Source of the DNA: Candidatus Omnitrophota bacterium
GTDB taxonomy: Bacteria > Omnitrophota > Gorgyraeia > Duberdicusellales > 4484-171
DNA length: 39,074 bases
NCBI GenBank assembly: GCA_016939345.1
Contig: JAFGHG010000142.1
Span: forward strand, 1-39,074
Direction: 5' to 3'
Below, piece by piece: positions 15,762 through 24,108 of the stretch; position 1 is the first letter of the stretch; each line of letters starts with the position of its first letter. A program made the position numbers and the translations under genes. Under the pieces are notes generated by a model, which worked only from the letters and a program-made list of their open reading frames with translations, was not told where the DNA came from and searched no databases.

Positions 15762-16649
15762 ATGATTCATCAAACAGCTGTCATAGAAAAAGGAGCAATG
15801 CTGGGTGAAGACATAAGCATAGGTCCTTATGCTATTATTGAAGAAGGCGTTTCTTTAGGCAACAGGGTTAAGGTTCTTGCCGGTGCCAGGATAAAAGGCA
15901 ATACGACTATCGGAGATGACAATCTTATAGGTCAAGGAGCAATTATCGGAGAGACGCCTCAGATGTCGGGGTTGAGAGAGAACAACGGCCGGGTTATGAT
16001 CGGCAAAAACAATATCATCAGAGAATACGTTACCATTCATTCTTCGACCTCTCCCGATAAAGAGACCTGCCTTGGTGATGATAATTTTCTTATGGCTTTA
16101 TCCCATGTAGCCCATGACTGCCGGCTAGCAAACGGGGTTATCCTTTGTAACGGCTCTCTTTTGGCCGGACACATCGAGGTCGGCGACAAAGCCTTTATTT
16201 CTGGCAATGTCGTGGTCCACCAGTTCGTCAGAATCGGAAGATTGGCCATGGTAGGAGGGCTTTCTCGGGTCAATCAGGATATACCCCCATTTATGCTTGT
16301 TGTCGGAGACTCCCGGGTCTGGGGCTTGAATACTGTAGGCTTAAAAAGATCAGGTATGTCAGCGTCAGATAGAATAGAGATAAAAAAAACTTTTGAGCTT
16401 CTTTACCGCAGCAAACTGCCGCTTAATAAAAGCCTTGAGGAAATAAAAAAAATTAATTCACCTTTTGCCAGAGAGATCGTTGATTTTATTCAGGTTTCTA
16501 AACGGGGGATATGCGGTCCGAAGAAGGATAACTTTTGGGAAAGACTGTTTTTAGATTACCCTTATCTTTTGAGACAAAACATTTTAACTCATTCTCTGTT
16601 TTTAAAACAGGTACGCTCAAAGGACTTTAGCGGTAAACAACTCTTTTGA
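15762..16649 (+). CDS. lpxA: Acyl-ACP--UDP-N-acetylglucosamine O-acyltransferase
   Basis: The N-terminus (MIHQTAVIEKGAMLGEDISIGPYAII) is followed by left-handed beta-helix hexapeptide repeats and an LpxA-like C-terminal helical domain. Confidence 0.88.
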   Translation: MIHQTAVIEKGAMLGEDISIGPYAIIEEGVSLGNRVKVLAGARIKGNTTIGDDNLIGQGAIIGETPQMSGLRENNGRVMIGKNNIIREYVTIHSSTSPDKETCLGDDNFLMALSHVAHDCRLANGVILCNGSLLAGHIEVGDKAFISGNVVVHQFVRIGRLAMVGGLSRVNQDIPPFMLVVGDSRVWGLNTVGLKRSGMSASDRIEIKKTFELLYRSKLPLNKSLEEIKKINSPFAREIVDFIQVSKRGICGPKKDNFWERLFLDYPYLLRQNILTHSLFLKQVRSKDFSGKQLF

Positions 16650-16678
16650 CCCATTTTTTTTGAATCAGTTTTGGGTCA
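16647..16678. terminator. Possible bidirectional hairpin between convergent lpxA and trmI (TGACCCA ... TGGGTCA)
   Basis: It is a 7-bp stem with an 18-nt T-rich loop and includes the lpxA stop codon. As a terminator it is weak. Confidence 0.25.
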
Positions 16679-16689
16679 GGTTATTTGTC

Positions 16690-17493
16690 TTATAAAAGGA
16701 TTTTGGTGGCAAACACCAGCCAGCCTGTGTGAGAGGGCATTCTTTGCTCAGGCCTGGTTTTTCCTTTTCTAACAAGGATCTTCCTCACTAAAACTTCCAT
16801 GCTTTCGATATTTATAAAACCTTTTTCTTCAAGAGAAAAAACCGTCCGTGAAAGCTGTTCAAAACTCGGGCATATTGTAGCCAGTCTTGCGCCGCCTTTT
16901 AAAGATTTATAAGCAGCGTCGATTAGCTCCCATTGGCTTCCTATATCGATCATCACAAAGTCAGCATCTTTTTGCGGAAACTCACCGCTAATCTCCATTA
17001 AATTAAATTCTACCCATTGGCTCAGACCGTTTTTCTCAATGTTTTTTTTGGCGTTTTTTAGGAATTCTTCGTTTCGTTCATAACTGTGAACCTTGCCTTC
17101 TGGCCTGACGAAATTAGCCAGGGCAGTTGTCAGGGCTCCGCTTCCTATGCCGCTTTCAATGACTTTTGCTCCGGGAAATATCTGGGATTTGACCAGGATC
17201 ATGCCGATATCTTTAGGGTAGAGTATCTGGGTCTGCCTTCTTACTTTCATGATCATCTCATAAAGGTAAGGCCTGAGCAGGTAAAAATCAGTCCCTAGAT
17301 TGGTGGTAATTTTTTCTCCAAACTGCCTGCCTATCGCATCCTGGAGCTTAAAAAAGCCTTTTGCAGTGTGGATGGTGTTTTTTGAGGCTTTAAGCAGGAA
17401 ATTATGCTTATCATCGTTATAGATAAATACCAGGTCGCCTTCTTTGATCATAATTAAAGATAATACAATTGCCCGGCTGTTTTTGCAAGGCAT
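16690..17493 (-). CDS. trmI: tRNA (adenine-N1)-methyltransferase TrmI/GCD14 family
   Basis: It has the SAM motif VIESGIGSGALTTALA and an N-terminal beta domain (IKEGDLVFIY). The start could instead be the internal ATG at 17451. Confidence 0.8.
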   Translation of the reverse strand: MPCKNSRAIVLSLIMIKEGDLVFIYNDDKHNFLLKASKNTIHTAKGFFKLQDAIGRQFGEKITTNLGTDFYLLRPYLYEMIMKVRRQTQILYPKDIGMILVKSQIFPGAKVIESGIGSGALTTALANFVRPEGKVHSYERNEEFLKNAKKNIEKNGLSQWVEFNLMEISGEFPQKDADFVMIDIGSQWELIDAAYKSLKGGARLATICPSFEQLSRTVFSLEEKGFINIESMEVLVRKILVRKGKTRPEQRMPSHTGWLVFATKILL

Positions 17494-17598
17494 ATTTATC
17501 TTGAAGCTGGTTATTTTTATAAAGCAGATGTATAATTAAATATGCCTTTGGTTACTGCCACACATTATTTCTTACAGTTAAAATAACAGCTTATAATT

Positions 17599-18837
17599 AT
17601 GGTTGGGCTTACAATAACAGAAAGATTTTTTTTAGAGTTCATTAGGCCGGATAATGATGACAGCCTTAGAGATGCTATTAGAGAGTTAGGCGATAAAAAA
17701 AATGAAATCGACTGGACCGGCATTGCCCAGCACGGCCACAAGATAGCCCCTTACATTTTTTTTACCATAAACAGGCTCGGCCTGGATCTTGCCGTACCCA
17801 GAGACATATCATTGATAACAAAATTCAATTACCTTTATTTTCAGGAGAAAAACAAAAAAAATATTCAGGCCCTGGCAGAGATAGGAAAAAAATTCAAAGA
17901 GGAAGGAATTGATCTGCTGTTTATAAAGGGAGCTGCTTTGATTTTTACGGTCTATAGCGATGATAAAGGTTTAAGGTATATGGACGATATAGATGTTTTA
18001 GTTAGGCATGAGGACCTGGCTAAAGCTGAAAAAATTCTTCAGGATATAGGCTATGTTGAAGGTTATGAGAGGCTGTCTAAAGAGCACCAGACGCGTTTTA
18101 CCAAGGAGTTTTTTTCCCGGCATCACTTTCATTATGTCTATTTTAAAGATCAGGTCCGCTTAGAATTGCATTGGAATGTTGCCAAAGTAAACAATAAAGC
18201 CTTTCTTGATAAGTTATTCCGATCATCCCATCCAATAACTTTGCATGGCTCAGAGGTAAAAATCACCAATGCCGAGGCCAGTGTGTTAATGGCATGTTTA
18301 AACTTTTCAAAAGATTTCTATGAATCTTTTGTAAGAAAGGGCATTGAATCAGAAGCTGACCATAAGGAAGCCTTTTATTATGCCATATTCTTTTTTTGCG
18401 AGTTAAAAGAAATATTGAGATATTACCATAACGATATTTCCTGGAAAGATTTTCTCTATTGCGTTAAATCAATTAAAAGGGAATACGAAATTTTTACTCT
18501 TCTTTTACTGGCTGATAAAATTGCCAAAGCCCCTATACCGGCCTTTGTTTTAAGGAAGGCTCAATCCAGTTTTTTTTCTTTTATCTTCGGGCTTTTCAGC
18601 CGAAACTTGAAATACACTAATTTTAGAGAACTTTTTGAATTGAAAGAGAAAATATTCAGATTTCGAAAAAGGCTTTATCATTTGCCCAGGATGCCTGGAA
18701 TCTTTCTCCGGAAGATATTTGTTTTAATCACTGGGATATACGGGCTGATTTTGAAATTTTTATCTAATCATTTCCCTTCAGGCGCCATATTTCTGAAAAA
18801 AATTGTCGGATTTTTTAAACGCCTGTTCGGTAATTAA
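17599..18837 (+). CDS. Uncharacterised nucleotidyltransferase family protein (NTP_transf_5-like)
   Basis: The motif GAALIF...LRYMDDIDVLVRHEDLAKAEKIL is typical of the PF14907-type family, recognised from memory. The C-terminus is hydrophobic and basic. Confidence 0.6.
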   Translation: MVGLTITERFFLEFIRPDNDDSLRDAIRELGDKKNEIDWTGIAQHGHKIAPYIFFTINRLGLDLAVPRDISLITKFNYLYFQEKNKKNIQALAEIGKKFKEEGIDLLFIKGAALIFTVYSDDKGLRYMDDIDVLVRHEDLAKAEKILQDIGYVEGYERLSKEHQTRFTKEFFSRHHFHYVYFKDQVRLELHWNVAKVNNKAFLDKLFRSSHPITLHGSEVKITNAEASVLMACLNFSKDFYESFVRKGIESEADHKEAFYYAIFFFCELKEILRYYHNDISWKDFLYCVKSIKREYEIFTLLLLADKIAKAPIPAFVLRKAQSSFFSFIFGLFSRNLKYTNFRELFELKEKIFRFRKRLYHLPRMPGIFLRKIFVLITGIYGLILKFLSNHFPSGAIFLKKIVGFFKRLFGN

Positions 18838-18848
18838 AACCAAAGCCC

Positions 18849-18877
18849 TTGATGCTGATAAAATTTATGTTTATAAT
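18849..18877 (+). promoter_or_regulatory. Candidate promoter (TTGATG-17 nt-TATAAT)
   Basis: The -35 is at 18849-18854 and the -10 at 18872-18877. It is upstream of the RmlD-like SDR gene. Confidence 0.4.
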
Positions 18878-18964
18878 GTCTATTATCATTTTAGGAGGCA
18901 GGGGCTTTTAATGCTGGTGCTGTGATATCCGTCCATTCGTTTAAGAATCCAAAGAATTAGATAT

Positions 18965-19783
18965 ATGAATAATAAAATACTTATTTTAGGCAAGGGCTTC
19001 ATCGGAACCAGGATCAAAGAGGAATTGAACTGTGATATAACTTCTCAAAATATAAATTCTTTTAAGGATTTGGTGGGTTTGATAGATGAATATAGCCCCG
19101 GGGTTATAATAAACTGCGTTGGTCATACCGGCGAAAACGTAGACCAGTGCGAAGCTGACAGGGATAAGACTTTAACGGCGAATGTTTTTGTCCCTATCAT
19201 GCTGGCAGAAGCAGCTTTCAGATATAAGATTAAGCTGGTTCATATAAGCAGCGGATGCATATATCATTTCGATTACCAGAATCAGAAGCCAATCAGCGAA
19301 GACCAGCCGGCTGACTTTTTTGATTTATTTTATTCCCGGACAAAAATATACTCCGAGAGAGCTTTGACAGCCCTGGCTGATAAAAAGAATATTTTGATTT
19401 TAAGGATACGTATCCCCCTGGATAATCGTCCCCACCCCAAGAACATCCTTACCAAGTTGCTCTCATTTGAAAAGATATTAGACTGCCAGAATTCATTAAC
19501 CTATATTCCTGATTTTATAGAAGCCCTTAAGTACCTTATCAATATTGACGCCTGGGGTATCTATAATGTGGTAAACAGGGGTTCTTTAAGATACTCTGAG
19601 CTTTTGGACATTTATAAAAAGTATTTTCCTGATTTTAATTACTCATTAACCAATGCCGCGGAGCTTGGTTTAATAAGAACCAATTTAATATTATCAGTAA
19701 ACAAACTGGAAAAATCCGGTTTTAAGATAAGGGAAATTCACGAAGTCTTAGAGCAATGCATAGAAAAATACCTAACCCATTGA
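18965..19783 (+). CDS. NAD(P)-dependent sugar-nucleotide reductase/epimerase, RmlD-like SDR
   Basis: It has the Rossmann motif ILILGKGFIGTRI and the catalytic YSRTK (YxxxK). Confidence 0.65.
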   Translation: MNNKILILGKGFIGTRIKEELNCDITSQNINSFKDLVGLIDEYSPGVIINCVGHTGENVDQCEADRDKTLTANVFVPIMLAEAAFRYKIKLVHISSGCIYHFDYQNQKPISEDQPADFFDLFYSRTKIYSERALTALADKKNILILRIRIPLDNRPHPKNILTKLLSFEKILDCQNSLTYIPDFIEALKYLINIDAWGIYNVVNRGSLRYSELLDIYKKYFPDFNYSLTNAAELGLIRTNLILSVNKLEKSGFKIREIHEVLEQCIEKYLTH

Positions 19784-19852
19784 TAACCTAAGATAAAATT
19801 TCTTGTAAAATATTAAAAATTAGATATCATATCCCTAAAAGTAACCACAATT

Positions 19853-21046
19853 ATGAAGTATATAGTTGTAATTTTAGACGGAGCAAGCGACCACCCGCTT
19901 GAGATACTTGGAGGCAGGACACCTCTTGAGGCAGCAGAAATCCCTGCAATAGATTCTTTAGCTAAAAAAGGCCTTATTGGCAGGGTAGCAACAGTACCTC
20001 AAGGTTTTAATCCTTCCAGCGACATAGCCAACCTTTCTCTTTTAGGCTATGATCCCGGAGAATACTATACCGGCAGGGGTCCGCTGGAGGCTGCAAATTT
20101 AGGCATAGACTTAGGCAAGAACGACTTAGCTTTTCGCTGCAATTTAGTCACTGAATTGGAAGATAAGCTTTTTGATTACAGCGCCGGCCATATAACTGAT
20201 AAGGAAGCGAAGATACTTATAGAAGAGCTTAATTCCAGCTTGAAGACTGAAAAGCTGGAGTTTTTCTTCGGCACAAGCTACCGCAACCTGCTTATTGTCC
20301 GTGGAGGCAAGGATCTGGGCCTGGATAAATTGAAATATTTTGCTCCTCATGACATCATGGGCCAGAATATAAGCAGATATCTTCCTAAAGGCGAGGCAGC
20401 AGAGCTGATTGTAGAGCTTATGCAGCGCTCAAAAGAGATATTAAGGCCTCATGAGATAAATAAAGTAAGAATAGATCTGGGTGAAAGCCCGGCTAATATG
20501 ATATGGCTTTGGGGCTGCGGCCAGAAGCCGCTCATGCCTACTTTTAAACAGAAGTACGGCCTGCAGGGAGCTGTCATCTCAGCCGTAGACCTGATAAAAG
20601 GTATAGGCAGGATAATCGGTATGGATGTGCTGGAAGTTCCGGGAGCAAACGGTTATTATGACACTAATTATCTGGGTAAAGCCCAGGCCGCTCTCGAATA
20701 TCTTAAAGAACATGATTTTGCTTTTATCCATATTGAAGCTACTGATGAAGCCGGTCATAACCAGGATTTAAGGATGAAAATAGCCTGTCTTGAGCGGATA
20801 GATAAGTTTGTTATATCGACAATAGTCAAAGAATTGGAAGGCAAAGATTACAGGATTTTGATTACACCTGATCATCCTACCCCGATAGCAATACGTACTC
20901 ATACTGACGAACCAGTTCCTTTTCTGATTTCCGGATCAGGCATAGAGAAGGGTGATTATAGCGGTTATAGCGAAAAAGAAGCCCAGACCAGCTCTATGTA
21001 TTTTGAAAAAGGATCTGATTTGCTTAAGTATTTCTTCAGCCACTGA
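19853..21046 (+). CDS. apgM: Cofactor-independent phosphoglycerate mutase, archaeal ApgM type (alkaline-phosphatase superfamily); alternative role possible
   Basis: The N-terminus MKYIVVILDGASDHPLE..GGRTPLEAAEIPAIDSLAKKG...SDIANLSLLGYDP..YYTGRGPLEAA...AFRCNLVT closely resembles ApgM family sequences. Confidence 0.78.
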   Translation: MKYIVVILDGASDHPLEILGGRTPLEAAEIPAIDSLAKKGLIGRVATVPQGFNPSSDIANLSLLGYDPGEYYTGRGPLEAANLGIDLGKNDLAFRCNLVTELEDKLFDYSAGHITDKEAKILIEELNSSLKTEKLEFFFGTSYRNLLIVRGGKDLGLDKLKYFAPHDIMGQNISRYLPKGEAAELIVELMQRSKEILRPHEINKVRIDLGESPANMIWLWGCGQKPLMPTFKQKYGLQGAVISAVDLIKGIGRIIGMDVLEVPGANGYYDTNYLGKAQAALEYLKEHDFAFIHIEATDEAGHNQDLRMKIACLERIDKFVISTIVKELEGKDYRILITPDHPTPIAIRTHTDEPVPFLISGSGIEKGDYSGYSEKEAQTSSMYFEKGSDLLKYFFSH

Positions 21047-21066
21047 TCCTTGTTGGTTATATTTTT

Positions 21067-21180
21067 AGTTTAGGTAGTGAGGCTAGGGTAAAGAAGTGTG
21101 TTAAGTAGTTGGGTGTAGTAGTGAGTATGACCCACTACACATTACCAACTACCTAACTCACAACTTGACCTTAACCCTAA
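21067..21180 (+). repeat. Structured intergenic repeat, copy B (long imperfect hairpin)
   Basis: It carries the same 21-mer at 21145-21165. GTTAAGTAGTTGG+GTGTAGT (21100-21119) pairs with ACTACAC...CCAACTACCTAAC (21134-21157). An outer arm, GGCTAGGGTAAAGAAGTGTG, is roughly complementary to CACAACTTGACCTTAACCCTAACC. Confidence 0.7.
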
Positions 21181-21181
21181 C

Positions 21182-21199
21182 CTGATTACAATTAATCAG
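21182..21199 (+). terminator. Small hairpin CTGATTA-caat-TAATCAG followed by TAGATTTTCT
   Basis: It is a 7-bp AT-rich stem immediately 3' of repeat copy B, between apgM and cstA. Confidence 0.3.
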
Positions 21200-21220
21200 T
21201 AGATTTTCTAAAGCAACATC

Positions 21221-22804
21221 ATGAGTCTAATCTTATTCATTTTTGTAATCTTAGCATTATTGGCCGGATATGTTTTTTACGGGAACTATGTGTCGGCTGT
21301 TTTTGATATCGACCCCCAAAAAAAGACACCAGCCTATACTAAATACGATGGTGTTGATTATGTCCCGGCTAAAAATTGGCTGATAATATTCGGCCATCAT
21401 TTTGCTTCCATTGCCGGAGCCGGACCGATAATCGGCCCGGTCTTAGCCTATATGCTTTGGGGCTGGGCTGGAACTTTGGTCTGGATAATAATCGGTTCGA
21501 TCTTTATGGGAGCAGTTCACGATTTTTCTTCCTTAGTCGTATCCTTAAAGGAAGAAGGCGTAAGCATCGGCCAGGTAGCCGCAAAATACATATCAAAAAG
21601 AGCAAGCATACTGTTTCTTTTGTATTTATGGTTTGCATTGGTCATCATCGTGGCTATATTTGCGGCAATTTGCGCTAAGAGCTTTATAACCCAGCCGGAG
21701 GTGATAGTATCTTCCTTGGGGCTGATACCTGTGGCTGTGCTTGTGGGTTTTTTGATATACAAGCTAAAAATAAATCTGTTTATCTCGACTTTATTCGGTT
21801 TGGCATCTCTGGCAGCCCTGATATATCTTGGCGGATTATTGCCGATAAAGCTTTCAGGAGTTGATCCTTATTTTGTTTGGGTAACCATACTGTTGGTTTA
21901 TGCTTTTTTTGCTTCGGTTATTCCGGTAAATATCCTGCTTCAGCCTAGAGACTACCTTAGCAGTTTTCTCCTTTTCTTTGGCATAGCTGTTTCTTTTATC
22001 GGAATATTCAGCAGACCCTTTTCTCTTGAGGGAGCCAAGGTTATTAGTTTCGGCTCCAAGGTCGGGTTTATTTTTCCTATGATGTTTATAACCGTTGCCT
22101 GTGGTGCTATTTCCGGTTTTCATTCTCTGGTGGCCAGCGGAACAACTTCTAAGCAGTTAAACAACGAAGGGAACGCAAAGAGGGTTGGTTTTGGAGCAAT
22201 GCTGCTTGAAGCAGTATTGGCTGTTATTGTCCTGTTTGCCGTTGCCTTTGGATTAAAGACAATTCCTAAAGGCGTTAGCGAACCGGCAGAGATCTTTGCC
22301 CTTGGTTTTTCTAAGATCAGTTATTTTTTAGGTGATTATGCTAAATTCATAGCTTTAGTAATACTTAATGCTTTTATTCTGACCACGCTGGATTCGGCGA
22401 CCAGGATTACCAGGCTTCTTACTCAGGAGATTTTTAAGTTTAACAACAAGTGGCTGGCCACTGCCTTGGTTATTTCAGCAGGAGCCTACTTGGCCTTGAT
22501 GAACAAATGGCAGGTGCTTTGGCCGGTCTTCGGTGCAGCCAACCAGCTGGTTGCCGGTTTAGCCTTGATAGTTGTCAGCGGCTGGTTGTTCTGCAAAGGG
22601 AAAAAGTATCTTTTTGCCTTTATCCCGGCGATTATAATGATAGGCATTACCATTACCGCCCTGGGATTTAAAATAGTGGATTTTTTTCAGAAAAAAGATT
22701 ATACTCTTTGTGTTGTTTCGTTTATACTTATTGTTCTTGGAGTATGGGGCCTTTTTGAGTTCAGGAAGATGACAAGATGCAGATTAAACGGAAAAATAAA
22801 TTAA
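21221..22804 (+). CDS. cstA: Carbon starvation protein A family transporter
   Basis: It is a polytopic membrane protein with the CstA N-terminal signature (VPAKNWLIIFGHHFASIAGAGPIIGPVLA). Confidence 0.85.
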   Translation: MSLILFIFVILALLAGYVFYGNYVSAVFDIDPQKKTPAYTKYDGVDYVPAKNWLIIFGHHFASIAGAGPIIGPVLAYMLWGWAGTLVWIIIGSIFMGAVHDFSSLVVSLKEEGVSIGQVAAKYISKRASILFLLYLWFALVIIVAIFAAICAKSFITQPEVIVSSLGLIPVAVLVGFLIYKLKINLFISTLFGLASLAALIYLGGLLPIKLSGVDPYFVWVTILLVYAFFASVIPVNILLQPRDYLSSFLLFFGIAVSFIGIFSRPFSLEGAKVISFGSKVGFIFPMMFITVACGAISGFHSLVASGTTSKQLNNEGNAKRVGFGAMLLEAVLAVIVLFAVAFGLKTIPKGVSEPAEIFALGFSKISYFLGDYAKFIALVILNAFILTTLDSATRITRLLTQEIFKFNNKWLATALVISAGAYLALMNKWQVLWPVFGAANQLVAGLALIVVSGWLFCKGKKYLFAFIPAIIMIGITITALGFKIVDFFQKKDYTLCVVSFILIVLGVWGLFEFRKMTRCRLNGKIN

Positions 22805-24018
22805 TCGTTCAAAAATACGGCGGAAGCTCAGTTGCCAACCCTGAAAAGATAGAAAAGGCTGCTAAGAGGGTGATAGCCTATGCTAAAAGAAGAAACAGGG
22901 TTGTGGTGGTGATCTCAGCTATGGGCGATACTACTGATGACCTGGTTGAGCTGGCAAAACAGATCAATCCCCTGCCTTCCGAGCGGGAAATGGACATGCT
23001 TATGTCAACAGGAGAGCAGATATCAAGTGCTCTTTTAGCTATGGCCATACACAAAAGAGGGGTAAAGGCCATATCTTTTACCGGAGCCCAAGTCGGCATC
23101 ATAACAGATACTGACCATACTCAGGCTAAAATACTTAAGATAGAGACTGATAGGATAAAGAGAGAATTAACCAAAGGGAAAATAGTTATAGTTGCCGGAT
23201 TCCAGGGCTTAAGTACTGCCCTTGAAATAACTACTCTGGGCAGAGGAGGTTCTGATCTCAGCGCTGTAGCTTTAGCCGTAGCACTTAATGCTGATGTTTG
23301 CGAGATATATACGGATGTTGACGGGATATATACCACTGATCCCAGGATTGAGCCTGGGGCAAGAAAATTAAAATACATAACTTTTGATGAGATGCTTGAG
23401 CTTGCTTCCCGAGGAGCTCAGGTAATGCATACCCGTGCAGTAGAGGTTGCCAAGAAATTCAACATACCCTTGCATGTCCGGGGTAGTTTTTCCAAAAAGG
23501 AGGGAACAATAATTATGGAGAAGCCGCCAGTTATCGAGGAGCCGGTTGTAAGAGGAGTGACTTTAGCTGATAGCGAGGCAAAGATAACCCTATCTGAAGT
23601 TCCCGACAAACCGGGTATAGCTGCCAGCATATTTACTATTCTGGCCAGAAAATCTGTTAATGTAGACATGATTGTCCAGAACGTCAGCCATAAGAGATAC
23701 ACCGACATCTCTTTTACAGTCCCCAAGAAGGATTTAAAGAAAGCCATAAAGATATCCCGACAGATGTCAAGGTCGATAAAGGCCGGCGCAGTTACCAGTG
23801 ATGAAACAATAGCTAAAGTATCGATAGTGGGTGTAGGCATGAAATCCCACTCAGGAGTTGCAGCAAAATGTTTTTCCTTGCTCGCTAAAAACAGGATAAA
23901 CATCGATATGATCTCGACTTCAGAGATAAGCATCTCCTGTGTTGTAAAAAAAGATGCAGGTAAAAAAGCAGTAAAAGTTCTTCACAAAGGTTTTAAATTA
24001 GATAAAATAAAAACGTAG
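22777..24018 (+). CDS. lysC: Aspartate kinase with C-terminal tandem ACT domains
   Basis: It has KLIVQKYGGSSV, VVVISAMGDTTD, the kinase core and two ACT repeats. The SD AGGAAG lies 8 nt upstream of the ATG. The start overlaps the cstA 3' end by 28 nt. Confidence 0.9.
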   Translation: MQIKRKNKLIVQKYGGSSVANPEKIEKAAKRVIAYAKRRNRVVVVISAMGDTTDDLVELAKQINPLPSEREMDMLMSTGEQISSALLAMAIHKRGVKAISFTGAQVGIITDTDHTQAKILKIETDRIKRELTKGKIVIVAGFQGLSTALEITTLGRGGSDLSAVALAVALNADVCEIYTDVDGIYTTDPRIEPGARKLKYITFDEMLELASRGAQVMHTRAVEVAKKFNIPLHVRGSFSKKEGTIIMEKPPVIEEPVVRGVTLADSEAKITLSEVPDKPGIAASIFTILARKSVNVDMIVQNVSHKRYTDISFTVPKKDLKKAIKISRQMSRSIKAGAVTSDETIAKVSIVGVGMKSHSGVAAKCFSLLAKNRINIDMISTSEISISCVVKKDAGKKAVKVLHKGFKLDKIKT

Positions 24019-24108
24019 ACACAAGATTAGTGAATTGTATCTAGTGATTTTATTACGAAACACCAGATTCAAAAGTGGTAAATTTTATAACATAATAAGG
24101 AGTTGATT

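Noticed and set aside
18911-18925. A mini-ORF, ATG CTG GTG CTG TGA (MLVL), downstream of a TAGGAGG motif in the spacer before the SDR gene.
   Set aside because: The SD-to-ATG spacing of about 12 nt is long, and the ORF has only four codons. Nothing shows it is more than chance.
21171-21182. The telomere-like TTAACCCTAACC string in repeat copy B, and CCCTAACCTAAC at 8620-8631.
   Set aside because: These are single short occurrences that are part of the C/A-rich hairpin arms. There is no tandem array and no linear-replicon context.
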